Made by a program: the position numbers and the translations under genes
Shown here: positions 23,915-25,979 of the stretch, piece by piece
How positions within the stretch are numbered: position 1 is the stretch's first letter
Layout of the letters: each line of letters starts with the position of its first letter
The notes under the pieces: model-generated
Told to the model about the DNA's origin: nothing
Database searches by the model: none
What the model saw: the letters and a program-made list of their open reading frames with translations, nothing else
Assembly (NCBI GenBank): GCA_035633995.1
Contig: DASQDV010000194.1
Span: 1-25,979, forward strand
Direction: 5' to 3'
Length of the DNA stretch: 25,979 nt
Origin: Pyrinomonadaceae bacterium
Lineage (GTDB): Bacteria; Acidobacteriota; Blastocatellia; Pyrinomonadales; Pyrinomonadaceae

Positions 23915-24946
23915 TCAAACTCGCGCCGACAAGCGCAGAATGTGCGCCAGGAAACGTTCGGTCGCCGCCGTGCCCGCCGCGCCCGTCATGCGCGCGAGCG
24001 AGACGACGCCCGCCGCCGCTTCCGCTTCGTGCCCGCCCGCGACCGACAAACACAGCGCGCGCGGGAAGAGTTGCGGGATCACATAATCGTTCCCGCCCGC
24101 GAAGAACTCGTCGCCGACATAAACGGACGCCTCTTCCACGTCGCCCTCGCACGCGCCCGACGACGCCGAAAGTTCCGCCATCGCGTCGCGCATCGCGGCC
24201 TCTTTCGAGACGCCGCGCCGCGTGATCTCGATGCTGCTGCGCCCGCTCTCGGCCAGTTCGTAACGGTCACTCAAACGCGCGCGTTGCAGCAACTCAAGCC
24301 CGCGTGCGTAAAGTTCCGCGCGTGGATTCGTCGTCGCCGCTGCGTCGTCCGCCGCCGCGTGAATCCGCGAAGGCACGGGGCGCAGCACGAGCACCGCGCC
24401 TTCGCGCTCCGACACGCGCGCGGGCAGCGTCGAGAAATCGAAGCGCGGGAACGCCGCCTCGTACCAACGCCCGCGCGCCTTCACGTCAACTTCAAACTCC
24501 GCCCATAGAGATTCGAGCAGACGGCTGAGCGCCGGAACGTCTTCGGCGCGCAGTTGATAACGCTCCCCGTAAACTTCGTCAACCTCACGGCGCGCGCCGT
24601 CGCAGACGATCTTCGTCGCGCCGCGATTGGCATAAACTCTGAGGCGTTCGACGCATGCCGCCTTGCCCGACTCGCGCAGGTTTTCAATAACGGGCGCGAC
24701 GAGGCGCGCTTCGAGTTGCCGCCAGCCGTGCCCCGTGATGAGACAGACGCGGAAGCCGCGCCGCAGCAGTTCGGGAAGCCCGGCGGCTGCCGCGCTCTCC
24801 GCGAAAGTCTCTTCGCCCGCGCCGCCGTCGGCGCGCACGCGCGCCAGGAGCGTGTCGTCAACGTCGAGCACGAGCGCGCCCTTTTGTCGCAGACGCTCGA
24901 CGCGCCCCGCGTCCATCAATTCCTCAAGTTCGACGCGCGCGTTCAT
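23915..24946 (-). CDS. HAD superfamily subfamily IIB phosphatase/phosphomutase-like protein
   Basis: Motif I LDVDDT, motif II LITGHG, motif III GVSKEAA, motif IV YVGDEFFAGGNDY. Start reassigned to ATG 24946, which forms an ATGA overlap with the upstream stop; the track's longer 25285 start lies inside the upstream gene. Confidence 0.8.
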   Translation of the reverse strand: MNARVELEELMDAGRVERLRQKGALVLDVDDTLLARVRADGGAGEETFAESAAAAGLPELLRRGFRVCLITGHGWRQLEARLVAPVIENLRESGKAACVERLRVYANRGATKIVCDGARREVDEVYGERYQLRAEDVPALSRLLESLWAEFEVDVKARGRWYEAAFPRFDFSTLPARVSEREGAVLVLRPVPSRIHAAADDAAATTNPRAELYARGLELLQRARLSDRYELAESGRSSIEITRRGVSKEAAMRDAMAELSASSGACEGDVEEASVYVGDEFFAGGNDYVIPQLFPRALCLSVAGGHEAEAAAGVVSLARMTGAAGTAATERFLAHILRLSARV

Positions 24947-25947
24947 GCCGTCTCGACAGCGCCGCCCGCACACAACCTGTTTGCCGTCTCGCGCGCCGCC
25001 TGCTCGCACCATGCGCGCACTTCCGCGTCGCCCGCAACGGACGCACCGCGCACCTCCGCTGCGAGCGCATCGGGCAGGTAGCGGCGCAGGCTGTCGGCGT
25101 GCGGCAGGCAGACCCGCCCGCCCATCTCCCGCGCGCCGACGTAGCGCGCGGCAAGCGCGGATTGCGCGAGCGAGCGCGGGATGAGCCACGCGCTCGCGCC
25201 GCGCCACACGACGTTGCAGGGCACGCGCCGCTCGCCGCTCGCCGCGCTCCCTCGTGCGAGCGCAGAGAGCATCTCGAACAACCACGCGGCCAGATTCTCC
25301 GTGCGCTTCGATTCGACCGCGAGCACGTAAGCCGGATACGACTCGGCAAGGCGCGACACGCGGAAGTCTCCCGATTCGTAGAGCATCTCCGCCACGCCCG
25401 CCGCGCCGTGCGACATGGGAAACTCCCAGGGGTAGGCTTGAAAGTGTGCCCAGTCAACGATGGAGGCGGCGGCCTGCTCCATGTTGTGTATGAACGTCCA
25501 AGCCCCGTGTGCGCGCGCGAGGCGCGAGAGGTCGAGCACGTCTGCGTGCGTCAGTTCGGCGCGCTTCTCTTCCGGCCAGATGACGAGATGACCGGGCACG
25601 ATGCTGTTCGGGTTGGCGGCCACGTTGAGCCCGCCCGCGCGCGCGAGTTGCAGGCGGCTCATCAATTCGAGATCGAAGGTCGCCGCCTGATTTTCCGGCA
25701 AACTCCCGACGCGCGTTTTGTAATCCTCGCGCGCCTTGCTGTAAAAGACCGTGCCCCAGCCGTACTCGCCGCAAGCGTCTCCGACGGCGTGCAACACCAG
25801 CAGGCGCGAATCGTAGCGCACCAGCCCGGACGCGTGCCGCTCCCACCACAAGTCCATCAACGCGTGCGACTGCGCCGCGCCGTCGTCTTGTTGCGCGGCG
25901 GTCGCTCGCGTGGTCGTTGACGATGATGTTGAGGCCGTTTCGTTCAA
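24943..25947 (-). CDS. HIT-like (GalT/Ap4A-phosphorylase/VTC2-type, DUF4922-like) nucleotidyl transferase or phosphorylase; possibly 5'-truncated
   Basis: NPNSIVPGHLVI and FIHNMEQAAASIVDWAHFQAYP resemble the NPxxxxxxHxxI and N...AgAS..HxHxQ signatures. The frame stays open from the TTG at 25947 to the window end. Confidence 0.6.
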   Translation of the reverse strand: MNETASTSSSTTTRATAAQQDDGAAQSHALMDLWWERHASGLVRYDSRLLVLHAVGDACGEYGWGTVFYSKAREDYKTRVGSLPENQAATFDLELMSRLQLARAGGLNVAANPNSIVPGHLVIWPEEKRAELTHADVLDLSRLARAHGAWTFIHNMEQAAASIVDWAHFQAYPWEFPMSHGAAGVAEMLYESGDFRVSRLAESYPAYVLAVESKRTENLAAWLFEMLSALARGSAASGERRVPCNVVWRGASAWLIPRSLAQSALAARYVGAREMGGRVCLPHADSLRRYLPDALAAEVRGASVAGDAEVRAWCEQAARETANRLCAGGAVETA

Positions 25948-25979
25948 ACGTTCACCCGCCCGCGTGAGGACTTTCCGAC

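Noticed and set aside
24947-25285. 113-codon N-terminal extension of the HAD ORF in the track
   Set aside because: It overlaps the upstream CDS, is Arg/Ala-rich like a shadow frame, and the ATGA-coupled start at 24946 sits just before HAD motif I.

Overview
GC-rich bacterial window with no mobile element, CRISPR array or RNA gene that I can support. The gene style suggests Acidobacteriota, but that is an impression, not a search result. Positions 1625-25979 hold a minus-strand, operon-like surface-glycan locus of 17 genes. In transcription order these are: a HIT-like HxHxQ nucleotidyl transferase/phosphorylase (open to the right edge), a HAD-IIB enzyme, a YvcK/CofD-GT2 fusion, a SAM methyltransferase, a carbamoyltransferase, two tandem paralogous GT-C/Wzy-like membrane proteins, AsnB, an RmlA-like protein, an RmlC-like protein, a GT4, an SDR epimerase, a WecA-like fusion, a TPR/carbohydrate-binding protein, an O-antigen ligase-family protein, a Trm112-methyltransferase and a long-chain acyl-CoA ligase. 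The left end has a truncated hypothetical gene and a small zf-HC2 protein, transcribed divergently across 930 bp of hairpin-rich non-coding DNA. Three signals stand out. (1) Six gene junctions carry inverted-repeat elements with arms built from short tandem repeats; three are a homologous family of exactly 118 bp that nearly fills the space between a stop codon and the next start codon. (2) The HIT-like + HAD-IIB + CofD/YvcK-GT2 module may be an uncharacterised route for NDP-activated phosphate or sugar transfer. (3) The two membrane paralogs show patchy gene conversion.
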